Source: Octopus sinensis
Lineage: Eukaryota
NCBI RefSeq assembly: GCF_006345805.1
Contig: NC_043007.1
Location: forward strand, 49,724,001 to 49,788,000
Direction of reading: 5' to 3'
Length of the DNA stretch: 64,000 bases
Part shown: in pieces, positions 30,821-46,400 of the stretch
Layout of the letters: every line of letters starts with the position of its first letter
How positions within the stretch are numbered: position 1 is the stretch's first letter
Made by a program: the position numbers and the translations under genes
Notes under the pieces: generated by a model
Told to the model about the DNA's origin: nothing
What the model saw: the letters and a program-made list of their open reading frames with translations, nothing else
Databases searched by the model: none

Positions 30821-31228
30821 GTGTGTGTCTGTGTGTCTGTGTCTATGTGTGAATGTATTTGTGTGTGTGTGTGAAAGTGTGCATGTATATGTATATATAC
30901 ACATATATGTATGTATAACTGTGTATATTTAAATTGCATTTCTTGTGCACAACCTCACATTCATTTGTATTCCTTTTTTTAGTCGTTTATTTGAATTGAC
31001 TATATACATACATACACACATATATATATATATATATATCTTCAGATAAAGATAATTATGCCCGGTCTATGAGGTTGGCCAGGGTTTCGCGTCCATAAAA
31101 CTCTTAGCTTTACAGCGTCCCGTCAGGCCCAAATGGCTTGTGTGCTATAACCTCTCTCCCAAGTAGAAGAAAAGACCATGTCTCTAGCTGTTGTACACAA
31201 AGGAGAATGGATTGTCTACCTTAGACCG

Positions 31229-31283
<55 letters not shown>

Positions 31284-31341
31284 ACAAAATAAATAATCTC
31301 TCTCTCTCTTCCTCTCCCTCTCTCTATATATATATAAATGC

Positions 31342-32753
<1,412 letters not shown>

Positions 32754-32935
32754 TATATATATATGCATATATGGGTACAAGACATCATAAAAGGTAAATA
32801 ACATGAAATGCGAAGAGCCGCTTTTTATATAACTTGTCTTGTTTTCCATTTATTTCTCTCGTTGTTCGCATAAAAAGTTTGTCTTCGTACTCCAGGTTGT
32901 TTATGTTTTGAGATGTCCTGTAACCATATATGCAA

Positions 32936-32996
<61 letters not shown>

Positions 32997-34393
32997 CATA
33001 TATATGCATGTATACATACTTATATATATTATTTATGTTGTTATATCATACATACATACACACATGCATGCATGCATACATACATACATACATACAGACA
33101 GACAGACAATAATTGACTAATAAATAAGATCTCTGGCTATTTTCTCTACAGCAATAATTTCTTAGTCATTTGTCCGATACCAAACCTCGGGGTAAACGAC
33201 ATTTTAAACTTTACCCAGTTATGCTATCTGAAAAATTCTCACGAATTTTGTCTCTTGAACTATCAAACTGAATCTAATCATGTAAAAGGATATGCTTTGG
33301 GGGGAGATTAAGCTGCTATTTCTAGCACGTTTAAATACAATGTAGAGGTATGCTACGTTGGATCATATATACATATAGGCATACCTGAGAAAATATAGCG
33401 TGTCGTGGTAGATGTAGGTGTTGTTTCTGGCAGTTCAAGATAATATTTGACAGCGAATGGGCTGAAATGCTGTGCTCATTGGTGGGAGGTGCAAAACCAG
33501 AAAGTACATCTTAACGATGTCTCCTTTTTTTATTTATATATTTGTTTTCAAATGGAATCTAAGAAGTTCAAAATAATGAATTTTTAATTCTACCGATCAA
33601 AATTCTATCAGAATTTTTGTCTGAAGATTCAGAATGATAATTTCTACTTGCTACTGAGATGTTCAAAATATTTAATTCTTATATATTCACCTGATGAAAA
33701 CGTTTGTTATTTTGCATGATGTAATACTTCTATTTATCAATAAAAACAAAAACACGTCTGAAACAGCTGTAGTGAACCACAATCCATCTGTTTTTATTTG
33801 TTTATACATGAATATATATGTGTGAGTGCGTGTGTGTGTGCGTGTGTGACAACCCAAGGTTGAAATTATACTAAAATTTTAATATAAACCTGGTTGTGGT
33901 CAAGAAAGTAAATTTATCAAGTTTTTCATCAGTTTCATATTAGTTCAAGCAGCATTTTTCTTTTCCTGATTGCTTAACTTCATTTTCTCCGCATTACTCC
34001 GTGCCAGTCGTATTGACCATTCAAAACGCCACCAGTTATCTGTAATAGAAACCACCACAATCACCACTACCATTAATACCGCCACTCTCACATTCATCAC
34101 CGTCACCTCTACAACGTCAACACCAACATCATCACCACGACTACTATCGAGAATATCACCACCATCACCAGTCTCACAACCACTGTCAACACCACCACCG
34201 CAACCTCCATCAGCAGCATCAGCACCAGTACGATTGGAACCACCATCCCACCCTCACCATTAACAATTTAACATACCACCCTCACCATATTTAGCGATTT
34301 CACATCATTTTGCCACGCTCATCTGACCTGACGCTTTTGGCTTTTCGCACCAGCAGTAGTATAAAATATGGTCTTTTAAATACTTTGTCATCT

Positions 34394-34500
<107 letters not shown>

Positions 34501-34504
34501 GTGT

Positions 34505-34540
<36 letters not shown>

Positions 34541-34563
34541 ATATACGTATATATATATATATA

Positions 34564-35468
34564 AATGAATGTTTTTATATATAATGAACGTGAAATACAG
34601 GAAGGGACGAACACGGAACACAGACAAATCATTCGAAGCCTTCAATCTTCAGTCAAACACCGAATCATCATAGCAAATTTCGGCTGTTCAATTCTGATAT
34701 TTGCTCCAACTCGGCCAGCCCCAAGAAAAAAAACTAAGCTGTAAGCATTAGATTTCTTGGTAGAAGACAGGAATGTGAACGCACAAGACGGATGTGAATA
34801 CAAGAGACGAAAACGAAATTGAAAACACTAATGAATAAACAAAATATATATAACGGTGGTTGTCATACGACTTTAGACCAAATGAGACAAAAACAACAAC
34901 AACAACATAGCTGGCGTAGAAATAATTACCGTTTCGGTAGCGGGGACACATGTTGGTCGAGATACGAAGGCCAACAGAATGGTTTAAGAAGCAGCAGGTC
35001 GCAGGAGAGAGAGAAAGAGAGACAGAGAGAGAGGGAATCAAAGAGGGTGGAAGGCAGGGGACAGAATCAGTGACCAAGAGAAAAGGAGAAAGAAGGGATT
35101 AAGGAGGATGGGAGGAAGAGGGGAGGAGGATGGGAGGAAGAGAGGGGAAGAATCGGAGGGCGCCAAAAAGTTTGGTGAAGAAGCAATGGCGGGTAGGAAA
35201 GACAGTGTGTATAGAAGTCGTGCAGGGTTTAAAATTGGACAAACAAACGGGGGGGGGGGGGGTGCACGTAACGCCGCAATAATATAAGAATGAATGTTTT
35301 TATATATAATGAACGTGAAATACAGGAAGGGACGAACACGGAACACAGACAAATCATTCGAAGCCTTCAATCTTCAGTCAGACACCGAATCATCATAGCA
35401 AATTTCGGCTGTTCAATTCTGATATTTGCTCCAACTCGGCCAGCCCCAAGAAAAAAAACTAAGCTGTA
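34564..35468 (-). repeat. 180-bp direct repeats (34564-34743, 35289-35468) flanking a unique spacer; related to the 31.4-32.7 kb repeat
   Basis: Period 725; shares gactgaagattgaaggcttcgaatg and gagcaa..cagccgaaat in opposite orientation; strand assigned only relative to that copy. Confidence 0.85.
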
Positions 35469-35485
35469 TATATATATATACGTAT

Positions 35486-35538
<53 letters not shown>

Positions 35539-35577
35539 TGCATATATATACATATGTATATATATATGTATTTATAC

Positions 35578-35611
<34 letters not shown>

Positions 35612-36879
35612 TTATATGTATATATATATGTATAAATACATATATATACATATATATACATATGTATATATGCATGTACATATATGAATACAGTAACACG
35701 CAAACACACACACACACACATTTGCCAGTAACTAATTTCCTCTGTTCACAATTTCCCATAAATACTTTAGTTGTTTTTGCATTTTACTCCTGCCATGAAA
35801 ATTAGTCCCAAGCGTAATTTTAATTTTCATTTGATATTATATTGAATAAGACTTTTTTTTTCTTAACCATGTTACTTTCGTATTCGTTCCTTCTTTTTCT
35901 TCAATGCTTCTTTTCTTCTTTTTTTTTATATTGACATTTTCTCAGTTGCTTTTCTGTCTTTTACGCAATTTACTTTTCGTCGCTTTTAAAAATAATTCCC
36001 CGCTTTTTTTTCTTTATTTATACTTTTTTCTTAGTTACGATTGAGAGGAGACATCAAAACATAAATGATAATAATGAAAATAATAATTAAATCATAATCG
36101 TTTATTTATTTATAATAAAATAATGATGATGATGTTGGTGGTGGTGGTTGTGGTGGTAGTGGTGGTGGTGGTGGTGGTGGTGGTGGTGGTGGTGGTATGG
36201 TGGTGGTGGTGGTGTTGGTGGTAGTGGTGGTGGTGGTGATGATGATACTTTTTTTCGTGTAAGATGGTATTAATTATTTTCGAAATGGAACTCGTTGTCG
36301 CTCCCTGAAGGATTCTACCAATTCTGTATTAGCGTCATTTAAAATTAGTATTGCAGATTTGTTCCGAAGGAAGAAAACGGTAGATTTTAATGTCCTTTAT
36401 ATATAGTTTAGCTTTCCCAAGCTAAACGTATTTGCGTTTGTGCTTGTGCACGTGTGTGTCTGCGTGTCTATATTTATCTATCCGTCTATCTCTCTCTCTT
36501 TTCTCTCACTCTCTGTATATGGGGTATGGTAGATGAGTTCAGCAAAAATTTTGATTTAGATGACTATGGTACTTACGTTGATTCACCAGTACGGTATTAT
36601 CCATACAATTTCAAAGTAAGGTGATTAAAATCAAAATAAGCAACAAAGATATCCAGAGGTAATGCAGTACGATCGTTTCATCCAACTGCATTTAATTGAA
36701 CAGTGCAATCATTACATCAATTTAAAATGCAGAGCAATCTTCAGCTGCACAAAGACATAGAATTCAATCAAATTAGAACTGATGGACACATTAGTATAAT
36801 TATACCTAAAATCTCCAAGAATTTAAGGAGATTGACAAAGAACATACTGTCTCACTCCAGCATAGAAGTTACTAAGTTC

Positions 36880-36914
<35 letters not shown>

Positions 36915-37123
36915 TACATAGAGCCAATTCAGTGAATAAGCACTTAAAAAGGCGAACATAAAAAAAACGAATGTGTGGACGTGCACTAGCATTAGTTTCA
37001 CGTTAAGAGTTTTTAACGTTTCAAACACGGCTCTTCGTCTAAAGGTAGAAGTCTAAAGAAGAAAAAGGAAAATCGCTAACGGCCCACTGTTGTTACACAC
37101 ACACACACACACACACAGATATG

Positions 37124-37205
<82 letters not shown>

Positions 37206-37477
37206 GCATCTATATCAAAACAAAGAATTATTAATGGGAGAATATCAATCGGAGAAAAATATTTTATAAGTTCTCTGTTAATACACCAGGATTTAAAAAA
37301 ATAATTACTTAAGAACATTGCGTATTCTTGTGGCAGAGTCATCACCATTCTCTATTGTAAATCTATGGTTGTTTTCCAGTTATACTGGTCTTTTACACAG
37401 TGATATACAAGACAAGGCATAAAGAATAGAAACTAAAATAAAGAAATATATAATGACCATTGTTTATGCTTCGTCTT

Positions 37478-37535
<58 letters not shown>

Positions 37536-37538
37536 CTA

Positions 37539-37570
<32 letters not shown>

Positions 37571-37594
37571 CCTATCTGTCTGTCTGTCTGTCTT

Positions 37595-37663
<69 letters not shown>

Positions 37664-37889
37664 ATATATATATATCTACTTACATATAAGAGACGAAAGT
37701 GTACATACATACATATAAAAAAATACAAAAAATGGGACAAGAATACAAAACATCCTGACAGATGATACAAAAAGGGACAAAAAAAAAACAAGGACGGGTC
37801 ATTCGGAGTTTTCTTCCGCCAGTCGAGCTCCAGATTGGATTTACAGTTTCGGCTGGTTGTACTCGAGACTGCTCCAATCTGGCCAGCTC

Positions 37890-38889
37890 CAAGGAAAATC
37901 TAATCCCATCAATCTAAAACTCTTTTGGTTTCAAAGCGAAGAACTCTGAAATGTCAGTTTCGACATCCTCCTGGCTTTGCCCTGATGAAACATCACTTCT
38001 TTTCGATTCACTAAATCGGGCCTTGTTTTCTTCAAAGCTTGGTTCAAACGCTCTAATTGCTGACAGTAGACTTGAGCATTGATTGTTGCAATAGGCGGTA
38101 ACAATTCAAAGTGAATTACTCCTTTGCAATCCCACCATATAGAGAGAAGAACTTTTTACCCATGAAGTTCCCTTCTCGGTTGTTGTCGAACCTTTTTCCC
38201 TTTTACCAAGCCACTGTTTACGACGTTTAACACTTCGATAGAAGATCTATTTTTCGTCACCAGTCACAAGTCTATCCAAAGTGGGTGAAATGATTTCGCA
38301 AGAATGGAGAGAAGAGCAGATTTGCGGTTGCTTTCGGACAATTCATGAGGCACCCATTTTCCAACTTTAGGAATCTATCCAAGTTGTTGAAGATGACGAT
38401 GAACAGTTGTATGGCTTGAACTAAGCTTTATTGCCAGTTCTTCAACTGATAATGCTGGATTTTCTTCAAGTAATGCTTCAAGGAACTTATCATCAAATTC
38501 AACTGGACGTCCTATTCGATCTTCATCTTCAAGGCTGACATCTCCACTTCTGAATTTTGCAAACCATCTTCTGCAAGTTCTTTCATTCAAGCATTCTTTC
38601 CTATAAACTGAGTGTATGTTTCAAGTTGCTTCGGCAGCAGAGTTTCCTTTTTTGTACTCATAAAGCATTATGTGTCTTAAATGCTCTTTGGATACTTCTA
38701 TGTTAGAAATGGTTTTAGTCAAAGAAATTTTAATTCTATTATTCTGTAAAATAATATTTAATTGGTGTAAGTGTACACAAATGCATATAAATAATTTTTA
38801 ATTCCATTAGACACTCTAAAATACTATTAAATTTCATTTAATTCTAAAAAACGTAAAATCGGACAGAACTTATGGGATGACCTGATATA
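37890..38889 (-). mobile_element. Mariner transposon, decayed and 3'-truncated
   Basis: TA-flanked TIR (TA)TCAGGTCATCCCATAAGTTCTGTCCG at 38860-38889; KEHLRHIMLYEYKKG, NERTCRRWFAKFRSGDVSLEDEDRIGRP, VTGDEK, INAQVYCQQLERL. Confidence 0.92.
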
Positions 38890-39848
38890 ATGCGTGTGTG
38901 TATAAATTTTCCAAAGAAAAGTTTGGCGGTGACTTCGACGTTCCGTCAGATAGTCAAGCCAGCAGTAGCTTCGAAGATAGTCATATTTTACTTGTAAAAT
39001 GTTACTAAACTTGCACTATATTGAAAGTATTAAGTAATCCATCGGTTTAATCATAAATTGTTTTTGTATAAAACTTGACATTAAAACAAATATTCCTATG
39101 TGCGTGTGAACGCGTGTGTGTGTGTGTGAGTGTGTGTGTGTGTGCGTGTGTGTGTGTTCTTGTGTGTGTGTGTGTGTGTGAGTGCAAGTGTGTGTATCTG
39201 TCAGTGTGTGCGTGTGTGTATGTATATGTGTGCTTCTGTATGTGTGTTTAAAACACACAAACGCACGCGCACGCACGCACGCACGCACACACAAACACAC
39301 ACACACACATGCACACACACATATGTTTACATCTGCAAACAAAGTTATCTTTGAAATTACTCAACCAATTGTTTGCAGTACTTATTTTCTGTCAACTTAA
39401 ATGCATCACCGTATATCTTAGAGAACAAAGAAGACAAATTCATCGACAATCACTTCTTTACACACCCCCACAAAGACACGCACACACATTCACCCACACA
39501 TACATGCACACACATACACACTTACAGGTACACACATTCGCCGAAACGTATGTGCACCCATGCACGACTTTATGCATTGAATCACTCCGCCTGTAAAGTT
39601 GCTTAAATCAACAGACCCTGAAAGGAAAATATTGACAGAGGATGGGCCATGTGAATGACATTTATTTTTCTGTCAGAGAATTTTGGTGGTAGTGATGGGG
39701 ATAAATGGCAGAGATGAACACGCACAAGCAATACACTATTAATTCAATACTTGTGTGTATGTGCATGAGTTTGTGTGTGTATATATATACAACATAAACA
39801 TATTCATGTATGTATGTATGTATGAATGTATGAATGTATGTATGTATG

Positions 39849-39903
<55 letters not shown>

Positions 39904-40131
39904 AGATATGCGTGTGCGTGTGTGTAGTGTCTGGCCTGTACAAGAGGATTTGCATCATCCATGTGCGCGTATATTTTGTATATTATATATGTATACTTTT
40001 CATATCATTTGTTCTCCCTTCCTTTGTTTCCCTCACTTTTTATGGAAGCCCCCACACGATTTGTACATTTATATATACATATACATACGTACCTACATAC
40101 ATACACACATACATACATACACTCGCACACA

Positions 40132-40181
<50 letters not shown>

Positions 40182-40300
40182 ATATATATACATATACTAC
40201 ATATAGCTTTGCTCGAAACGTAAAACACCCTTTCTTTCCTTTGCATGTACCACTTACTCGTGTACTTGTTTTTTCTTGTGCTTTTTGGGATTAACTTTAT

Positions 40301-40414
<114 letters not shown>

Positions 40415-40416
40415 TT

Positions 40417-43400
40417 ATAAATGAGGGTGAAAAATCGATATTAATTTAATAATACCATTAATTTAACACCAAGTGGCTTAGCACAAAAAACTACGGAGAG
40501 AAAATACAAATTTATACATAAATTATTAGAGAGTTATCCACTATGTGGATAACTCTAGTGCTAAAAATAGCTCCGAAGCAACCACAGAAGATCTGTTTCC
40601 AACTAGAATCAACATACATTTAGCGGAAGGAAAGTGAAATACAACGAATAAAATAGATTGACTCTATACAATTGTTTCATTACTAATGTAATATGTAGTT
40701 TTACTTACACTTACATCTATAAATCTTCGGTAGAGTTTGTCAGAAATGCAATTAATTAGATCGATTCGAGCATCAAAAGCACGAGCGGTCCAACCAATTA
40801 CATTTTTAGTTATGTCTCAACTTCCGCGCCAAAAGCATGCCTAGACTCCATTGGAAACGTATGCCGCATCAAATAAAATATTGACTGCCGCGTAGTTAAA
40901 TTTATAAAATTATAAATGAGGGTGAAAAATCGATATTAATTTAATAATACCATTAATTTAACACCAAGTGGCTTAGCACAAAAAACTACGGAGAAAATAC
41001 AAATTTATACATAAATTATTAGAGAGTTATCCACTATGTGGATAACTCTAGTGCTAAAAATAGCTCCGAAGCAACCACAGAAGATCTGTTTCCAACTAGA
41101 ATCAACATACATTTAGCGGAAGGAAAGTGAAATACAACGAATAAAATAGATTGACTCTATACAATTGTTTCATTACTAATGTAATATGTAGTTTTACTTA
41201 CACTTACATCTATAAATCTTCGGTAGAGTTTGTCAGAAATGCAATTAATTAGATCGATTCGAGCATCAAAAGCACGAGCGGTCCAACCAATTACATTTTT
41301 AGTTATGTCTCAACTTCCGCGCCAAAAGCATGCCTAGACTCCATTGGAAACGTATGCCGCATCAAATAAAATATTGACTGCCGCGTAGTTAAATTTATAA
41401 ATTATAAATGAGGGTGAAAAATCGATATTAATTTAATAATACCATTAATTTAACACCAAGTGGCTTAGCACAAAAAACTACGGAGAAAATACAAATTTAT
41501 ACATAAATTATTAGAGAGTTATCCACTATGTGGATAACTCTAGTGCTAAAAATAGCTCCGAAGCAACCACAGAAGATCTGTTTCCAACTAGAATCAACAT
41601 ACATTTAGCGGAAGGAAAGTGAAATACAACGAATAAAATAGATTGACTCTATACAATTGTTTCATTACTAATGTAATATGTAGTTTTACTTACACTTACA
41701 TCTATAAATCTTCGGTAGAGTTTGTCAGAAATGCAATTAATTAGATCGATTCGAGCATCAAAAGCACGAGCGGTCCAACCAATTACATTTTTAGTTATGT
41801 CTCAACTTCCGCGCCAAAAGCATGCCTAGACTCCATTGGAAACGTATGCCGCATCAAATAAAATATTGACTGCCGCGTAGTTAAATTTATAAAATTATAA
41901 ATGAGGGTGAAAAATCGATATTAATTTAATAATACCATTAATTTAACACCAAGTGGCTTAGCACAAAAAACTACGGAGAAAATACAAATTTATACATAAA
42001 TTATTAGAGAGTTATCCACTATGTGGATAACTCTAGTGCTAAAAATAGCTCCGAAGCAACCACAGAAGATCTGTTTCCAACTAGAATCAACATACATTTA
42101 GCGGAAGGAAAGTGAAATACAACGAATAAAATAGATTGACTCTATACAATTGTTTCATTACTAATGTAATATGTAGTTTTACTTACACTTACATCTATAA
42201 ATCTTCGGTAGAGTTTGTCAGAAATGCAATTAATTAGATCGATTCGAGCATCAAAAGCACGAGCGGTCCAACCAATTACATTTTTAGTTATGTCTCAACT
42301 TCCGCGCCAAAAGCATGCCTAGACTCCATTGGAAACGTATGCCGCATCAAATAAAATATTGACTGCCGCGTAGTTAAATTATAAAATTATAAATGAGGGT
42401 GAAAAATCGATATTAATTTAATAATACCATTAATTTAACACCAAGTGGCTTAGCACAAAAAACTACGGAGAAAATACAAATTTATACATAAATTATTAGA
42501 GAGTTATCCACTATGTGGATAACTCTAGTGCTAAAAATAGCTCCGAAGCAACCACAGAAGATCTGTTTCCAACTAGAATCAACATACATTTAGCGGAAGG
42601 AAAGTGAAATACAACGAATAAAATAGATTGACTCTATACAATTGTTTCATTACTAATGTAATATGTAGTTTTACTTACACTTACATCTATAAATCTTCGG
42701 TAGAGTTTGTCAGAAATGCAATTAATTAGATCGATTCGAGCATCAAAAGCACGAGCGGTCCAACCAATTACATTTTTAGTTATGTCTCAACTTCCGCGCC
42801 AAAAGCATGCCTAGACTCCATTGGAAACGTATGCCGCATCAAATAAAATATTGACTGCCGCGTAGTTAAATTTATAAAATTATAAATGAGGGTGAAAAAT
42901 CGATATTAATTTAATAATACCATTAATTTAACACCAAGTGGCTTAGCACAAAAAACTACGGAGAAAATACAAATTTATACATAAATTATTAGAGAGTTAT
43001 CCACTATGTGGATAACTCTAGTGCTAAAAATAGCTCCGAAGCAACCACAGAAGATCTGTTTCCAACTAGAATCAACATACATTTAGCGGAAGGAAAGTGA
43101 AATACAACGAATAAAATAGATTGACTCTATACAATTGTTTCATTACTAATGTAATATGTAGTTTTACTTACACTTACATCTATAAATCTTCGGTAGAGTT
43201 TGTCAGAAATGCAATTAATTAGATCGATTCGAGCATCAAAAGCACGAGCGGTCCAACCAATTACATTTTTAGTTATGTCTCAACTTCCGCGCCAAAAGCA
43301 TGCCTAGACTCCATTGGAAACGTATGCCGCATCAAATAAAATATTGACTGCCGCGTAGTTAAATTTATAAAATTATAAATGAGGGTGAAAAATCGATATT

Positions 43401-46400
43401 AATTTAATAATACCATTAATTTAACACCAAGTGGCTTAGCACAAAAAACTACGGAGAAAATACAAATTTATACATAAATTATTAGAGAGTTATCCACTAT
43501 GTGGATAACTCTAGTGCTAAAAATAGCTCCGAAGCAACCACAGAAGATCTGTTTCCAACTAGAATCAACATACATTTAGCGGAAGGAAAGTGAAATACAA
43601 CGAATAAAATAGATTGACTCTATACAATTGTTTCATTACTAATGTAATATGTAGTTTTACTTACACTTACATCTATAAATCTTCGGTAGAGTTTGTCAGA
43701 AATGCAATTAATTAGATCGATTCGAGCATCAAAAGCACGAGCGGTCCAACCAATTACATTTTTAGTTATGTCTCAACTTCCGCGCCAAAAGCATGCCTAG
43801 ACTCCATTGGAAACGTATGCCGCATCAAATAAAATATTGACTGCCGCGTAGTTAAATTTATAAAATTATAAATGAGGGTGAAAAATCGATATTAATTTAA
43901 TAATACCATTAATTTAACACCAAGTGGCTTAGCACAAAAAACTACGGAGAAAATACAAATTTATACATAAATTATTAGAGAGTTATCCACTATGTGGATA
44001 ACTCTAGTGCTAAAAATAGCTCCGAAGCAACCACAGAAGATCTGTTTCCAACTAGAATCAACATACATTTAGCGGAAGGAAAGTGAAATACAACGAATAA
44101 AATAGATTGACTCTATACAATTGTTTCATTACTAATGTAATATGTAGTTTTACTTACACTTACATCTATAAATCTTCGGTAGAGTTTGTCAGAAATGCAA
44201 TTAATTAGATCGATTCGAGCATCAAAAGCACGAGCGGTCCAACCAATTACATTTTTAGTTATGTCTCAACTTCCGCGCCAAAAGCATGCCTAGACTCCAT
44301 TGGAAACGTATGCCGCATCAAATAAAATATTGACTGCCGCGTAGTTAAATTTATAAAATTATAAATGAGGGTGAAAAATCGATATTAATTTAATAATACC
44401 ATTAATTTAACACCAAGTGGCTTAGCACAAAAAACTACGGAGAAAATACAAATTTATACATAAATTATTAGAGAGTTATCCACTATGTGGATAACTCTAG
44501 TGCTAAAAATAGCTCCGAAGCAACCACAGAAGATCTGTTTCCAACTAGAATCAACATACATTTAGCGGAAGGAAAGTGAAATACAACGAATAAAATAGAT
44601 TGACTCTATACAATTGTTTCATTACTAATGTAATATGTAGTTTTACTTACACTTACATCTATAAATCTTCGGTAGAGTTTGTCAGAAATGCAATTAATTA
44701 GATCGATTCGAGCATCAAAAGCACGAGCGGTCCAACCAATTACATTTTTAGTTATGTCTCAACTTCCGCGCCAAAAGCATGCCTAGACTCCATTGGAAAC
44801 GTATGCCGCATCAAATAAAATATTGACTGCCGCGTAGTTAAATTTATAAAATTATAAATGAGGGTGAAAAATCGATATTAATTTAATAATACCATTAATT
44901 TAACACCAAGTGGCTTAGCACAAAAAACTACGGAGAAAATACAAATTTATACATAAATTATTAGAGAGTTATCCACTATGTGGATAACTCTAGTGCTAAA
45001 AATAGCTCCGAAGCAACCACAGAAGATCTGTTTCCAACTAGAATCAACATACATTTAGCGGAAGGAAAGTGAAATACAACGAATAAAATAGATTGACTCT
45101 ATACAATTGTTTCATTACTAATGTAATATGTAGTTTTACTTACACTTACATCTATAAATCTTCGGTAGAGTTTGTCAGAAATGCAATTAATTAGATCGAT
45201 TCGAGCATCAAAAGCACGAGCGGTCCAACCAATTACATTTTTAGTTATGTCTCAACTTCCGCGCCAAAAGCATGCCTAGACTCCATTGGAAACGTATGCC
45301 GCATCAAATAAAATATTGACTGCCGCGTAGTTAAATTTATAAAATTATAAATGAGGGTGAAAAATCGATATTAATTTAATAATACCATTAATTTAACACC
45401 AAGTGGCTTAGCACAAAAAACTACGGAGAAAATACAAATTTATACATAAATTATTAGAGAGTTATCCACTATGTGGATAACTCTAGTGCTAAAAATAGCT
45501 CCGAAGCAACCACAGAAGATCTGTTTCCAACTAGAATCAACATACATTTAGCGGAAGGAAAGTGAAATACAACGAATAAAATAGATTGACTCTATACAAT
45601 TGTTTCATTACTAATGTAATATGTAGTTTTACTTACACTTACATCTATAAATCTTCGGTAGAGTTTGTCAGAAATGCAATTAATTAGATCGATTCGAGCA
45701 TCAAAAGCACGAGCGGTCCAACCAATTACATTTTTAGTTATGTCTCAACTTCCGCGCCAAAAGCATGCCTAGACTCCATTGGAAACGTATGCCGCATCAA
45801 ATAAAATATTGACTGCCGCGTAGTTAAATTTATAAAATTATAAATGAGGGTGAAAAATCGATATTAATTTAATAATACCATTAATTTAACACCAAGTGGC
45901 TTAGCACAAAAAACTACGGAGAAAATACAAATTTATACATAAATTATTAGAGAGTTATCCACTATGTGGATAACTCTAGTGCTAAAAATAGCTCCGAAGC
46001 AACCACAGAAGATCTGTTTCCAACTAGAATCAACATACATTTAGCGGAAGGAAAGTGAAATACAACGAATAAAATAGATTGACTCTATACAATTGTTTCA
46101 TTACTAATGTAATATGTAGTTTTACTTACACTTACATCTATAAATCTTCGGTAGAGTTTGTCAGAAATGCAATTAATTAGATCGATTCGAGCATCAAAAG
46201 CACGAGCGGTCCAACCAATTACATTTTTAGTTATGTCTCAACTTCCGCGCCAAAAGCATGCCTAGACTCCATTGGAAACGTATGCCGCATCAAATAAAAT
46301 ATTGACTGCCGCGTAGTTAAATTTATAAAATTATAAATGAGGGTGAAAAATCGATATTAATTTAATAATACCATTAATTTAACACCAAGTGGCTTAGCAC

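Noticed and set aside
40525-40552. DnaA boxes (TTATCCACA-like, inverted pair) suggesting a bacterial or plasmid origin
   Set aside because: The context is animal repeat DNA with no bacterial genes; the match follows from the hairpin sequence.
40830-40870. Hammerhead in the 493-bp unit (cctagactccattgGAAACGTAtgcc)
   Set aside because: GAAACGUA is present, but there is no CUGANGA or compensatory core, stem II cannot close next to G12, and stem I does not pair.
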